Positions 51,804-64,000 of a DNA stretch of 64,000 nt are shown here, one piece after another. Numbering within the stretch: the stretch's first letter is position 1; every line of letters begins with the position of its first letter. The position numbers and the translations under genes are program-made. The notes below the pieces were generated by a model. The model was given only the letters and a program-made list of their open reading frames with translations, made no database searches and was not told the origin of the DNA. This DNA is from Agitococcus sp. (GTDB taxonomy: Bacteria > Pseudomonadota > Gammaproteobacteria > Pseudomonadales > Moraxellaceae). The stretch spans positions 1,304 to 65,303 of the forward strand of contig JAXMGJ010000008.1 in NCBI GenBank assembly GCA_046347315.1, given 5' to 3'.

Positions 51804-52721
51804 ATGAAAACGATTCGTATTGCTACCCGAAAAAGTCCTCTTGCTTTATGGCAAGCAGAGCATGTTAAAGCAAATCTCTTAAAGCATCATCCTCATTTAC
51901 AAGTAGAGTTGCTAACCTTTACCACGCAAGGTGATAAAATTTTGGATGTACCATTAGCCAAAATAGGTGGCAAAGGATTATTTGTTAAGGAGCTAGAGAC
52001 TGCGATGTTGGCGGGTGAAGCGGATTTGGCTGTGCACTCTATGAAAGATGTACCAATGGAGTGCCCTGAAGGCTTGGCAATTACCACCATTTGTGAACGT
52101 GAAGACCCGACTGATGCGTTTGTCTCCAATAAGTTCAACAGCTTAGATGATTTACCTATTGGCGCAATTGTAGGAACATCCAGTTTACGTCGCCAATGTC
52201 AATTACGTGCATTACGCCCAGATTTAGTCATTAATGATTTACGAGGCAATGTTGGTACACGTTTGGGGCGTTTGGATAGCAATGAATATGATGCCATTAT
52301 TTTGGCCAGTGCAGGTCTCAAAAGGCTTGGTTTAGAGTCTCGAATAGCTCAATCATTGACGCAACTATTGCCCGCAGTAGGGCAGGGGGCTGTTGGTATC
52401 GAAACAAGAATCAATGATAGTGCATTGCATCAATTATTAGCACCGCTTCACCATCAAGCAACGGCCTTGTGTGTGCAAGCAGAGCGCGCCATGAATCGTC
52501 GTTTACAGGGAGGCTGCCAAGTACCTATTGCTGGCTATGCGACTCTCAGTGATACCACCGTCACCCTCAATGCTTTAGTAGGAAGTACCGATGGTAAAAA
52601 AGTCATATATCAACAAGGTCAAACGCGAGATTTATTGGCTGTAGAAGCTTTAGGTCAACAAGTAGCAAGTGGCTTATTAGCACAAGGTGCAGCCGAAATT
52701 TTGGCAGCAGTTTATGGCTAA
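51804..52721 (+). CDS. hemC: Hydroxymethylbilane synthase
   Basis: [32 protein letters not shown] and LQGGCQVP. Confidence 0.98.
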   Translation: MKTIRIATRKSPLALWQAEHVKANLLKHHPHLQVELLTFTTQGDKILDVPLAKIGGKGLFVKELETAMLAGEADLAVHSMKDVPMECPEGLAITTICEREDPTDAFVSNKFNSLDDLPIGAIVGTSSLRRQCQLRALRPDLVINDLRGNVGTRLGRLDSNEYDAIILASAGLKRLGLESRIAQSLTQLLPAVGQGAVGIETRINDSALHQLLAPLHHQATALCVQAERAMNRRLQGGCQVPIAGYATLSDTTVTLNALVGSTDGKKVIYQQGQTRDLLAVEALGQQVASGLLAQGAAEILAAVYG

Positions 52722-53466
52722 CTTAACGGGTTTAAGGATTGTTAATACACGTCCCGAACAGAGAGCAGTGCAATTAACTCAAGCATTGGAGCAGCAAGGT
52801 GCAACTGTGTTTTCTTTACCCTTGTTAGAAACAGTCGCCCTTGAGTTGTCAGCCGTTAGCAAGGATTGTTTGTTAAACCTCGACCGTTATCATTCGGTAT
52901 TTGTGGTTAGTCCAACTGCGGCAGACTTGGGCTTAAATGCTTTAGCCGATTTTTGGCCGCAATGGCCAGTTGGTATAGAATGGTTAGCGATAGGTCAAAG
53001 TACAGCACAGGTACTGCGTAGCTATTTGATTGAGCCGATTGTGCCAAAGCAAGAAACGAGTGAAGGCTTATTACAACTACCACAACTGCAACAACTCGCC
53101 CAAGGACAACGATTATTGGTATTGCGTGGTGAGGGTGGACGTAATTTGGTGCGAGATAGCTTGCAAAATCGTGGCATCAACGTAGATTATGTCGATTTGT
53201 ATCGTCGTCAATTGCCTCAATGTAGCGTACAACAATGGCAGCTCATACAACAGCAAACCATAGATGTGGTGATTATTAGCAGTGGCGAAACACTTAAACA
53301 ATGGCAACAGCTCGCAGGACAGCAGGCACAAAATATTCCGATATTAGTAATTAGCCCGCGTTTAGTTAAATTAGCCCACCAACAAGGCTTTAAAACCGTG
53401 TTAAGCTCTGCCAGTATTTACCCAAAAGATATATGCAATACCTTGAGTCAGTGGCATAAGGTCTAA
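52714..53466 (+). CDS. hemD: Uroporphyrinogen-III synthase
   Basis: VNTRP, FVVSPTA, SEGLL, LRGEGGR and SSGE. Overlaps the hemC stop. Confidence 0.93.
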   Translation: MANLTGLRIVNTRPEQRAVQLTQALEQQGATVFSLPLLETVALELSAVSKDCLLNLDRYHSVFVVSPTAADLGLNALADFWPQWPVGIEWLAIGQSTAQVLRSYLIEPIVPKQETSEGLLQLPQLQQLAQGQRLLVLRGEGGRNLVRDSLQNRGINVDYVDLYRRQLPQCSVQQWQLIQQQTIDVVIISSGETLKQWQQLAGQQAQNIPILVISPRLVKLAHQQGFKTVLSSASIYPKDICNTLSQWHKV

Positions 53467-53497
53467 TCTATAACCCTAAATAAGCAGACTTGTGATA

Positions 53498-54511
53498 ATG
53501 AGCCAAACCCGTCAACCGATACATGTGTTTCCTAAGGTCGCCTTAAAATTAGGATTTTGGGGGCGAGCAACCGTGATTTTGGTCATCTTGACGATGATTG
53601 CCAGTTATTTATTGTATTATCATGGCATGCGTTACAAAAATCGTGAGCTGATTCATTACGAAGAAATAAAAACAGAATTGCAGCAAATTCAAGAACAACA
53701 GATACAAACACAATCCAAAAACAGCGTTTTGCAGCAACAAGTTGACCAATTACAAGCTCAATTGAGCCAACTTAAAGCGGCAACACAGCCAACCCAAAAA
53801 CAAACATGGCTATTAAAACAAGTCGGCCATTATGTCGAACTTGCCGAGCAACATTTGTGGTTGCAGCATAATAGTCAAAGTGCATTGATGTTGTTGAACA
53901 TTGCCGACCAACTATTGCAAGAGTATGGCAATCATCAAATTTTGCCTTTACGTCAGGCCATTGCTCAAGATATTTTTGCTTTATCACAACATCAACAACT
54001 GGATTATGCAGGTATTTCTTTAAAGATAGATGCCCTCAAACAACAAGCCAATACGCCTGTCGTCAAGCAAATAACTGGTAGTGCAAAAACGACTAGCCCT
54101 AAGTCTTCTCAGGACAACCAACAAGCATGGGATAAAGGTTGGTCAATTCTTAAAGATTTAATCAACGTTCAGCATTACGATGCTCAACATAAACCTTTAT
54201 TAGGCCAAGAACAACGTTGGTTGATGCAGCAAAATGTTTATTTGGCTTTACATCAAGCACAATTAGCGTTATGGCAGCAACAGCCCAGCCGTTATCAGCA
54301 AAGTTTGCACGAAGCAATCAGTTTATTAACACCCTATCAACACACACAAGTGCAATATGCAACATGGATGCAACAGATACAGTCGCTGGCGTCTATAGAT
54401 TTAGCTATCGCCTCAATACAACTTCAGCATACACCCAAGGCATTAGCACAGTTGCTCACTACCGAAACAACAGTGACTGTGCCTAGCACAGCATCGAGTG
54501 TTACGCCATGA
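53498..54511 (+). CDS. hemX: HemX family protein
   Basis: N-terminal TM, Q-rich coiled coil, W.L..V..Y..LA.Q.L and LRQAIAQD. hemCDXY synteny. Confidence 0.85.
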   Translation: MSQTRQPIHVFPKVALKLGFWGRATVILVILTMIASYLLYYHGMRYKNRELIHYEEIKTELQQIQEQQIQTQSKNSVLQQQVDQLQAQLSQLKAATQPTQKQTWLLKQVGHYVELAEQHLWLQHNSQSALMLLNIADQLLQEYGNHQILPLRQAIAQDIFALSQHQQLDYAGISLKIDALKQQANTPVVKQITGSAKTTSPKSSQDNQQAWDKGWSILKDLINVQHYDAQHKPLLGQEQRWLMQQNVYLALHQAQLALWQQQPSRYQQSLHEAISLLTPYQHTQVQYATWMQQIQSLASIDLAIASIQLQHTPKALAQLLTTETTVTVPSTASSVTP

Positions 54512-55728
54512 TAAGGTTTATTGTGGCATTGTTATGTGTGGTACTAGGTGCCATTTTAGCCTTATGCTTTATGGAGGATAGTGGTTATTTATTGTTGATG
54601 TGGCATAACACCTCAGTCGAGATGAGTATGCTATTAGCGGTAATCTTATGGTTATTATTAACGATTGCCGCATTTGTAATACTAGAAGTATTGTTGGGTG
54701 TATTGGGACTACGTGCTCTGCTTAATAGATGGCTAACTTTGCGTGGTTATCAACGTGCTCAGCATTACTTAAATCAGGGTATGGTACAGTTAGCACGAGA
54801 AGATTATGTCAGTGCCGAAAAATTATTGGTGCGTAGTGCTAAGTTGAGTACTGACCCTCTTGTCCCTTATTTGACCGCAGTACAGGCGGCTCAAGCACAA
54901 CAGGCAACACAACGTGCCGAAGATTATTTAAACTTAATCAGTTCACACAAACATCATTTAGCGGTACATATAGCGCGCATTAAATTATGGCTAGCAACAG
55001 GTCAATGGGAAGCGGCGGCTGCACGCCTTAAGCAAATTTATCCTCATTACAAAAAAGAGTTTGTGATCAGTCAACTACTGTTAGAAGTATTACTCAAGTT
55101 AAAAGCATGGTCAGACTTAATAGAATGGCTACCAATTCTGTCAAAATCACCGCATTTTGAGACGGTACAACAACAAGCACTGTTACATTCGGCTTATACA
55201 CAGAGTTTTAATTATTTGGCTAAAACCACAGGTCGAGCCGATAAACATCAAGCATTTGAACAGTTGCAGCTTTTTTGGCAGCAATTGCCGCGTCATTATC
55301 AGCGTGATACAGATATTGTGTTTAGTTATGTACAAAGCTTAATATCATTAGCGTGTTATGACGAGAGCGCACGTATTTGTTATCGTGTCTTAAGTGAAGA
55401 GTGGCATAACGGTCTAATTACCTTATACGGTCGTATTTTGCATGCTGATCCAGAACTTGCCTTAGAGCAAGCTAAACAGTGGTTAACCTTACACCCCCAA
55501 AGTCCTGCCTTATTGTTGACTTTAGGACGGTTAAATATGCAGTGTCATCAATGGGGGGTAGCAAAAGGCTATTTTGAACAAAGTTTGGCATTGCACAAAA
55601 ACCCTGAAGTATTTGCCGAATTTGTGCGCTTATTGCAACACAGCAACGACCCGCAAGCAGGGCATTATTTGATTGCTGGCCTTAATCAATTATTAGAGCA
55701 GCCATTGCCCGCATTACCTTTGCCGTAG
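54508..55728 (+). CDS. hemY: HemY N-terminal/TPR heme biosynthesis protein
   Basis: DSGYLLL...SVEMS, TPR-like repeats and LLLTLGRL. Follows hemX. Confidence 0.87.
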   Translation: MIRFIVALLCVVLGAILALCFMEDSGYLLLMWHNTSVEMSMLLAVILWLLLTIAAFVILEVLLGVLGLRALLNRWLTLRGYQRAQHYLNQGMVQLAREDYVSAEKLLVRSAKLSTDPLVPYLTAVQAAQAQQATQRAEDYLNLISSHKHHLAVHIARIKLWLATGQWEAAAARLKQIYPHYKKEFVISQLLLEVLLKLKAWSDLIEWLPILSKSPHFETVQQQALLHSAYTQSFNYLAKTTGRADKHQAFEQLQLFWQQLPRHYQRDTDIVFSYVQSLISLACYDESARICYRVLSEEWHNGLITLYGRILHADPELALEQAKQWLTLHPQSPALLLTLGRLNMQCHQWGVAKGYFEQSLALHKNPEVFAEFVRLLQHSNDPQAGHYLIAGLNQLLEQPLPALPLP

Positions 55729-55737
55729 GAGCATATC

Positions 55738-56253
55738 ATGAGTCATTTAAATAATTTTCCGATTGTGCAGGCTCAAACAGTAGCATGGGGAGAAATGGAT
55801 GCCTTTGCCCATGTTAATAATGTTGCTTACTACCGTTATTTTGAAAGTATCAGAATTAGTTATTTGCAAACGATTGGCGCATTAGAGCATTTGGATGTTT
55901 GTAATCCTGTGGTTGCTGCTAATAGTTGTCGTTATTTAAAATCGATTCGTTATCCCGATGAATTAGAGTTAGGTGCGCGTGTCGTCGAGTTACGTTCATC
56001 AGGCTTTAGAATGGAGTACGCGATATTTAGTCAAGAACATAAAAGTATTGTGGCAACGGGCGAAGCAATTGTGGTTATCGTCGATGCGCAGGGTCAAAAA
56101 GTGAGTCTGCCCGAGGCGCTCAAACAAACCATTATTAACCTTGAAAAAACTGTGGCTAATGAATTAGAAATAGATGCCCAAAATCCACATAAACAACCCG
56201 AAACTCTGTTAGGAAAAGCGATTTCACGTCTCAATCATATTCGTGACAAATAA
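55738..56253 (+). CDS. Acyl-CoA thioesterase (4HBT/YbgC hot-dog fold)
   Basis: WGEMDAFAHVNNVAYYRYFE. Confidence 0.9.
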   Translation: MSHLNNFPIVQAQTVAWGEMDAFAHVNNVAYYRYFESIRISYLQTIGALEHLDVCNPVVAANSCRYLKSIRYPDELELGARVVELRSSGFRMEYAIFSQEHKSIVATGEAIVVIVDAQGQKVSLPEALKQTIINLEKTVANELEIDAQNPHKQPETLLGKAISRLNHIRDK

Positions 56254-56290
56254 ATCATTTCTCATCTTATCGCTAAAAAGTAACAAACTC

Positions 56291-56319
56291 TTGCTAAATT
56301 GACGGCCAGTCTATACAAT
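56291..56319 (+). promoter_or_regulatory. sigma70 promoter of the atp operon
   Basis: TTGCTA, 17 bp, TACAAT, followed by a GC-rich discriminator. Confidence 0.6.
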
Positions 56320-56380
56320 TCGCCGCGATTAAAAATTGCAGGTTTTTATGTCTTCAGAGTGTTCATTGTGTGGAGTTGGT

Positions 56381-57617
<1,237 letters not shown>

Positions 57618-57655
57618 TTTAATTTCCTTTTTCTTTTGACTACTAACTGAGGTAA

Positions 57656-57919
<264 letters not shown>

Positions 57920-57967
57920 TAAGTCGCTCAAAGCGCATTCCATCGCAAAGCCAAATGAGGTGTTAGC

Positions 57968-58438
57968 ATGAATATAAATGCAACTTTGTTAGGTCAGGCT
58001 ATTTCTTTTGCAATCTTCGTGTGGTTCTGCATGAAGTTTGTATGGCCGCCACTAACAGAAGCACTTGCCGCACGGCAAAAGAAAATCGCAGATGGTTTAA
58101 ATGCTGCGAACAAAGCGCAAGATGATTTAAAAGCTGCTGAAGAGAAAGTGGCTCAAGAACTCAAAGCAGCCAAAGAGCAGACTGCTCAACTGTTAGAGCA
58201 AGCAAATCGTCGCGCTAGCCAGTTGGTTGAAGAAGCAAAAGCACAAGCTCAGGTAGAGAGTGAACGCATTAAAGCGCAAGCTCGTGAGCAGATTGAACAA
58301 GAGACAAACCGCGCTCGTGATCAATTGCGTGCTCAAGTTGCTGCTTTAGCCATTGCGGGTGCAGAAAAGATTTTACAAGCTGAAGTGAATGCCAATGCGC
58401 ACGCAGCAATGTTAAATCAATTAGCAACCGAGCTATAA
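57968..58438 (+). CDS. atpF: ATP synthase F0 subunit b
   Basis: [23 protein letters not shown] plus a coiled coil. Confidence 0.98.
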   Translation: MNINATLLGQAISFAIFVWFCMKFVWPPLTEALAARQKKIADGLNAANKAQDDLKAAEEKVAQELKAAKEQTAQLLEQANRRASQLVEEAKAQAQVESERIKAQAREQIEQETNRARDQLRAQVAALAIAGAEKILQAEVNANAHAAMLNQLATEL

Positions 58439-58457
58439 CTCTCTAGAGACAGTGAAC

Positions 58458-59000
58458 ATGGCTGAATTAACCACTGTGGCACGTCCATACGCAAAAGCAG
58501 CATTTGAATATGCTAATGCGCAAGGTGCATCTGAATTGACTCTTTGGTCAAATCAATTGGCACTAGCAGCAGCAGTTGTTCAAAATGCTGAATTTGCGCG
58601 TTACCTGTCACGCCCGAGCATGACTGTAGCCGAACAAACAACGGCATTGTTTGCTGCCTGTGGTGGCGAGTTATCTGCCAGTGTGCGTAACTTTTTAAGT
58701 CTTGTCGCGGCTAACAAACGTTTGATGGCACTGCCAGCAATCGCTGATTTATACGAAGAAGAGAAAGCTAAAAGTGAAAAAACTGCCGATGTAGTTGTCA
58801 CCAGTGCTTTCGCGCTCAGTAGTGAGCAAGAGCAGGCACTCGCTAAGCAATTAGCAAGCAAACTTGAGCGTCGTATTAATATTCGTACCGAAATTGATGC
58901 AGCCTTAATTGGTGGTGTGATTGTTCGTACGGGTGATTTGGTGATTGATGCTTCCGTGCGCGGAAAGTTGGCAAAATTGAGTGCCACCCTGAATACATAA
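58458..59000 (+). CDS. atpH: ATP synthase F1 subunit delta
   Basis: [11 protein letters not shown] and [22 protein letters not shown]. Confidence 0.97.
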   Translation: MAELTTVARPYAKAAFEYANAQGASELTLWSNQLALAAAVVQNAEFARYLSRPSMTVAEQTTALFAACGGELSASVRNFLSLVAANKRLMALPAIADLYEEEKAKSEKTADVVVTSAFALSSEQEQALAKQLASKLERRINIRTEIDAALIGGVIVRTGDLVIDASVRGKLAKLSATLNT

Positions 59001-59020
59001 TTTTTGAGGAACAGCGCATC

Positions 59021-60565
59021 ATGCAGCAACTGAATCCTTCCGAGATCAGCTCGCTGATTAAACAGCGTATTAGCGATCTCAACGCCACTGCTGAAGCCCG
59101 TAATGAAGGCACAGTGGTTAAAGTATCTGACGGTATCGTCCGCATTCACGGTTTAGCCGATGTAATGTATGGCGAAATGATTGAGTTCGATGGCGGCATC
59201 TTCGGTATGGCTCTAAACTTAGAGCAAGATTCGGTTGGTGCTGTGGTGTTGGGTGACTACTTAAACCTTCAAGAGGGTCAAAAAGTACGTTGCACAGGCC
59301 GTATTTTAGAGGTGCCCGTTGGTCCAGAGTTATTGGGTCGTGTGGTTGATGCTTTGGGCAAACCAATTGACGGCAAAGGGCCAGTGAATGCCAAATTGAC
59401 TGATGCAGTCGAAAAGGTAGCACCAGGTGTTATTTGGCGTAAGTCAGTTGACCAACCTGTGCAAACAGGTTACAAAGCTGTTGATGCAATGATTCCGATT
59501 GGTCGTGGCCAACGTGAGTTGATTATCGGTGACCGTCAAACTGGTAAAACAGCAATGGCGATTGATGCGATTATTGCTCAAAAAGGCTCTGGCATTAAGT
59601 GTGTGTATGTTGCTGTTGGTCAAAAACAATCGACCATTGCCAACGTAGTACGCAAACTTGAAGAAACTGGTGCAATGGCTTATACAACCGTTGTAGCTGC
59701 ATCTGCTTCTGAACCAGCTGCAATGTTGTTTTTGGCTCCTTACTCTGGCTGTACCATGGGCGAATACTTCCGTGACCGTGGTGAAGATGCGTTAATCATT
59801 TATGATGATTTGTCAAAGCAGGCTGTAGCGTATCGTCAAATTTCCTTGTTATTGCGCCGTCCACCAGGACGTGAAGCTTATCCAGGTGACGTATTCTATT
59901 TACACAGCCGTTTATTAGAGCGTGCATCTCGTGTGTCTGAAGAGTATGTCGAGAAATTCACTAACGGTGCAGTAAAGGGTCAAACTGGTTCATTAACAGC
60001 TTTGCCAATTATTGAAACGCAAGCAGGTGACGTATCTGCCTTCGTTCCAACAAACGTGATTTCGATTACTGATGGTCAGATTTTCTTAGAGACCAGTTTA
60101 TTTAACTCTGGTATTCGTCCTGCTGTAAACGCTGGTATTTCGGTATCGCGTGTGGGTGGTGCGGCTCAGACTAAGATTATCAAGAAGTTATCTGGTGGTA
60201 TCCGTACCGCATTAGCGCAATATCGAGAATTGGCTGCATTTGCTCAGTTCGCTTCTGACTTAGACGAAGCAACCCGCAAGCAGTTAGAGCATGGTCAGCG
60301 TGTTACCGAGTTAATGAAGCAAAAACAATACGCTCCTTTGGGTATTGCCGATATGTCAGTATCGATTTTTGCTGCTAATGAAGGTTATTTATTAGATGTG
60401 CCAGTCGCCAAAATTGGTGCTTTTGAAGCTGCATTACATAGCTATATGAATAGTCAGCACAAAGCCTTGATGGATAACATCAATGCCACCGCTAACTATG
60501 ATAAAGAAATTGAAGCTGAGCTACGTAAAGGCATTGAAACTTTCAAAGCCACTCAGTCTTGGTAA
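59021..60565 (+). CDS. atpA: ATP synthase F1 subunit alpha
   Basis: GDRQTGKT and [22 protein letters not shown]. Confidence 0.99.
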   Translation: MQQLNPSEISSLIKQRISDLNATAEARNEGTVVKVSDGIVRIHGLADVMYGEMIEFDGGIFGMALNLEQDSVGAVVLGDYLNLQEGQKVRCTGRILEVPVGPELLGRVVDALGKPIDGKGPVNAKLTDAVEKVAPGVIWRKSVDQPVQTGYKAVDAMIPIGRGQRELIIGDRQTGKTAMAIDAIIAQKGSGIKCVYVAVGQKQSTIANVVRKLEETGAMAYTTVVAASASEPAAMLFLAPYSGCTMGEYFRDRGEDALIIYDDLSKQAVAYRQISLLLRRPPGREAYPGDVFYLHSRLLERASRVSEEYVEKFTNGAVKGQTGSLTALPIIETQAGDVSAFVPTNVISITDGQIFLETSLFNSGIRPAVNAGISVSRVGGAAQTKIIKKLSGGIRTALAQYRELAAFAQFASDLDEATRKQLEHGQRVTELMKQKQYAPLGIADMSVSIFAANEGYLLDVPVAKIGAFEAALHSYMNSQHKALMDNINATANYDKEIEAELRKGIETFKATQSW

Positions 60566-60626
60566 TTTCTAGGTGAAGCCAGTATCATGTTGGGTGATAC
60601 TGGCGTAATCAGTTAATGGTGAGACT

Positions 60627-61496
60627 ATGGCAGGCTTAAAAGAGATTCGTAGCAAAGTCGCTAGCATTAAGAGTACGCAAAAAATTACCAAAGCAATGCA
60701 GTTGGTAGCGGCCTCTAAAATGCGCAGAGCGCAAGAACGTATGGCGCAAGGTCGTCCTTATGCCGAGAAGATGCGTCGTGTAATCGCTCATTTAGTACAA
60801 GCTAACCCTGAATACAAACATTCTTATATGGTTGATAGACCTGTTAAGCGTGTGGGTTATATTGTAGTGTCTTCTGACCGCGGTTTGTGTGGTGGTTTAA
60901 ACATCAATTTGTTTAAGCGCACTGTGCAGTCAGTTAAGTCATGGCGCGATCAAGGTGTAGAAGCAGAGTTTTGCTTGGTTGGCCAAAAAGCCACTACGTT
61001 CTTTAAGGCGATGGGCGGTAAAGTGGTTGCAGTAAAAACGCAGCTAGGTGATACCCCGTCGTTAGAACAGTTAATTGGTGCTGTTAAAGTGATGTTGGAT
61101 GCCTTTGATAGAGGTGAAATTGACCGTATTTATTTGGTCAGTAACCAATTCGTTAACACAATGACGCAAAAACCTGTAGTGAACCAATTAGTGCCGTTAA
61201 GCGCAGAGAGTGGCGAAGAGCCCTTAAAGCGCGAGCATAGTTGGGATTACTTGTACGAGCCAGAAGCAGCTCCATTATTAGATGCGTTGATGGTGCGTTT
61301 TATTGAATCGCAAGTATATCAAGGTGTGGTTGAAAACATTGCTTGTGAGCAAGCCGCGCGTATGATTGCGATGAAAGCCGCAACCGATAACGCAGGTGAG
61401 TTAATTCGCAGCTTGCAGTTGGTATATAACAAACTGCGTCAAGCAGCGATTACTCGTGAAATTTCTGAAATCGTCGGTGGTGCTGCCGCGGTTTAA
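60627..61496 (+). CDS. atpG: ATP synthase F1 subunit gamma
   Basis: KITKAM.LVAASK, SDRGLCG and [16 protein letters not shown]. Confidence 0.99.
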   Translation: MAGLKEIRSKVASIKSTQKITKAMQLVAASKMRRAQERMAQGRPYAEKMRRVIAHLVQANPEYKHSYMVDRPVKRVGYIVVSSDRGLCGGLNINLFKRTVQSVKSWRDQGVEAEFCLVGQKATTFFKAMGGKVVAVKTQLGDTPSLEQLIGAVKVMLDAFDRGEIDRIYLVSNQFVNTMTQKPVVNQLVPLSAESGEEPLKREHSWDYLYEPEAAPLLDALMVRFIESQVYQGVVENIACEQAARMIAMKAATDNAGELIRSLQLVYNKLRQAAITREISEIVGGAAAV

Positions 61497-61564
61497 TACA
61501 GGGCAAATGAAAGCTGTTTAGTCAGCTTAATATGTTCTCAAGAATTCAGTATTGCTAGTTTTAA

Positions 61565-62971
<1,407 letters not shown>

Positions 62972-63050
62972 TATGCATTTAGCGCAAGGATTTTAATATG
63001 AATTGCGCTAATATTATCGCCACTCAACTCTCAAGCGTGGAGGCCTAAAC

Positions 63051-63470
63051 ATGGCAAACAGCTTACATTGCGATATTGTTAGCATTAAAGAAGCTATTTA
63101 TACAGGTAGCGTTCAAATGTTAATTGCGCACGGTCGCATGGGTGATATTGGTGTCATGCCAGGTCATGCACCCTTACTGACACAACTTAATCCTGGCCCT
63201 GTGCGAGTGGTTAAAGAGGGCGGTCAGGAAGAAGTATTTTATGTCTCTGGTGGTGTGTTAGAAGTGCAGCCACACGTTGTCACTATTTTGGCAGATACCG
63301 CTGTCCGTGCTGATAATATAGATGAGGCGGCGGCGATTGAAGCACGTAATGCCGCTTTGGCAGCCTTGCAAAACCAAAAATCCGAAATGGATACAGGGGC
63401 TGCATTAGCTGCATTAGCAGAAGCAGCAGGTCGTTTGCGTACCTTGCAGCAGCTAAAAAATCGTGCATAA
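63051..63470 (+). CDS. atpC: ATP synthase F1 subunit epsilon
   Basis: GDIGVMPGHAPLLT and SGGVLEVQP. Confidence 0.98.
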   Translation: MANSLHCDIVSIKEAIYTGSVQMLIAHGRMGDIGVMPGHAPLLTQLNPGPVRVVKEGGQEEVFYVSGGVLEVQPHVVTILADTAVRADNIDEAAAIEARNAALAALQNQKSEMDTGAALAALAEAAGRLRTLQQLKNRA

Positions 63471-63519
63471 CTAAGAAGTGTGTTGTATTGTCGTTTGTAC
63501 AATGCAAAACCTCCACAAG

Positions 63520-63543
63520 AGGCAGCCTTATGCTGCCTTTTTT
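63520..63543 (+). terminator. Intrinsic terminator after atpC
   Basis: AGGCAGC-CTTAT-GCTGCCT-TTTTT. Confidence 0.8.
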
Positions 63544-63561
63544 GTTTTTAGGGTATTAAAG

Positions 63562-64000
63562 ATGGAATTGAGTGTCGTTATTTTAGCGGCGGGTAAAGGT
63601 ACTCGCATGAAGTCTGTGTTGCCCAAAGTGATGCAACCATTGGCAGGAAAACCCTTATTAGCTCACGTGTTAGCCACCGCACAGCAGCTGCAGTCTAAAC
63701 GGACCATTGTCGTTTATGGACATGGTGGTGATGTGGTGCAACAGCATTTTGTGCATCAAAAAAATGTGGCATGGGCGTTACAAGCCGAACAAAAAGGCAC
63801 AGGTCATGCGGTACAAGTGGCTTTATCACAACTACCAGAAACAGGTAAAACACTGATTTTATATGGTGATGTGCCACTGACCACGTCAGAAACCTTACAA
63901 AAATTACTAGACTTAGTGAGCGATAATCAACAAATTGGCTTATTAACAGTTAATTTAGCTAATCCAACAGGTTATGGTCGAATTGTTCGCGAAGCAGGTT
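63562..64000 (+). CDS. glmU: Bifunctional UDP-GlcNAc pyrophosphorylase/GlcN-1-P acetyltransferase, N-terminal part (truncated by window end; absent from ORF track)
   Basis: Manual translation from ATG 63562 gives MELSVVILAAGKGTRMKSVLPKV...QAEQKGTGHAV...LILYGDVPL...PTGYGRIVR. atpC-glmU synteny. Confidence 0.96.
   Translation, partial: MELSVVILAAGKGTRMKSVLPKVMQPLAGKPLLAHVLATAQQLQSKRTIVVYGHGGDVVQQHFVHQKNVAWALQAEQKGTGHAVQVALSQLPETGKTLILYGDVPLTTSETLQKLLDLVSDNQQIGLLTVNLANPTGYGRIVREAG

Noticed and set aside
58601-59149. 182-aa antisense ORF over atpH/atpA, and similar antisense or alternate-frame ORFs over ftsH, folP, infB, pnp, rho and atp genes
   Set aside because: These are shadow ORFs of conserved genes, with no RBS or recognisable motifs.

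Overview
This looks like a core-genome segment of a gammaproteobacterium. The gene order and protein sequences suggest Moraxellaceae or Pseudomonadales, which is an inference. Housekeeping blocks dominate: yhbY/rlmE-ftsH-folP-glmM-tpiA-secG-tRNA-Leu-tRNA-fMet-rimP-nusA-infB-rbfA-truB-rpsO-pnp; ppk1, ppx, trxA and rho; argH-fimS(algZ)-algR-hemCDXY; and atpIBEFHAGDC-glmU. Small accessory pieces sit between normally adjacent genes. (1) An AbiD/AbiF-family HEPN gene follows a near-consensus sigma70 promoter and a ~58-nt terminated hairpin RNA, a candidate RNA-antitoxin or RNA-gated abortive-infection module, and splits alpha-2-macroglobulin from pbpC. (2) A three-gene TPAT-like TRAP system is followed by a rhombosortase and a START protein. 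(3) A Fur box precedes a MauG/BthA-like di-heme lipoprotein and a porin. (4) An orphan membrane-anchored gene is bracketed by 44-bp self-palindromic direct repeats. (5) An orphan IS200/IS605 (tnpB/omegaRNA-type) right end is present. (6) A ~100-bp hairpin MITE family (ends CAGGACTTACGC...GCGTAAGTCCT) has at least six copies or fragments, mostly just after stop codons, and one copy has a swapped internal hairpin. I saw no CRISPR array, rRNA, integrase or intact transposase. All family assignments come from motif recognition by eye, not from database searches.
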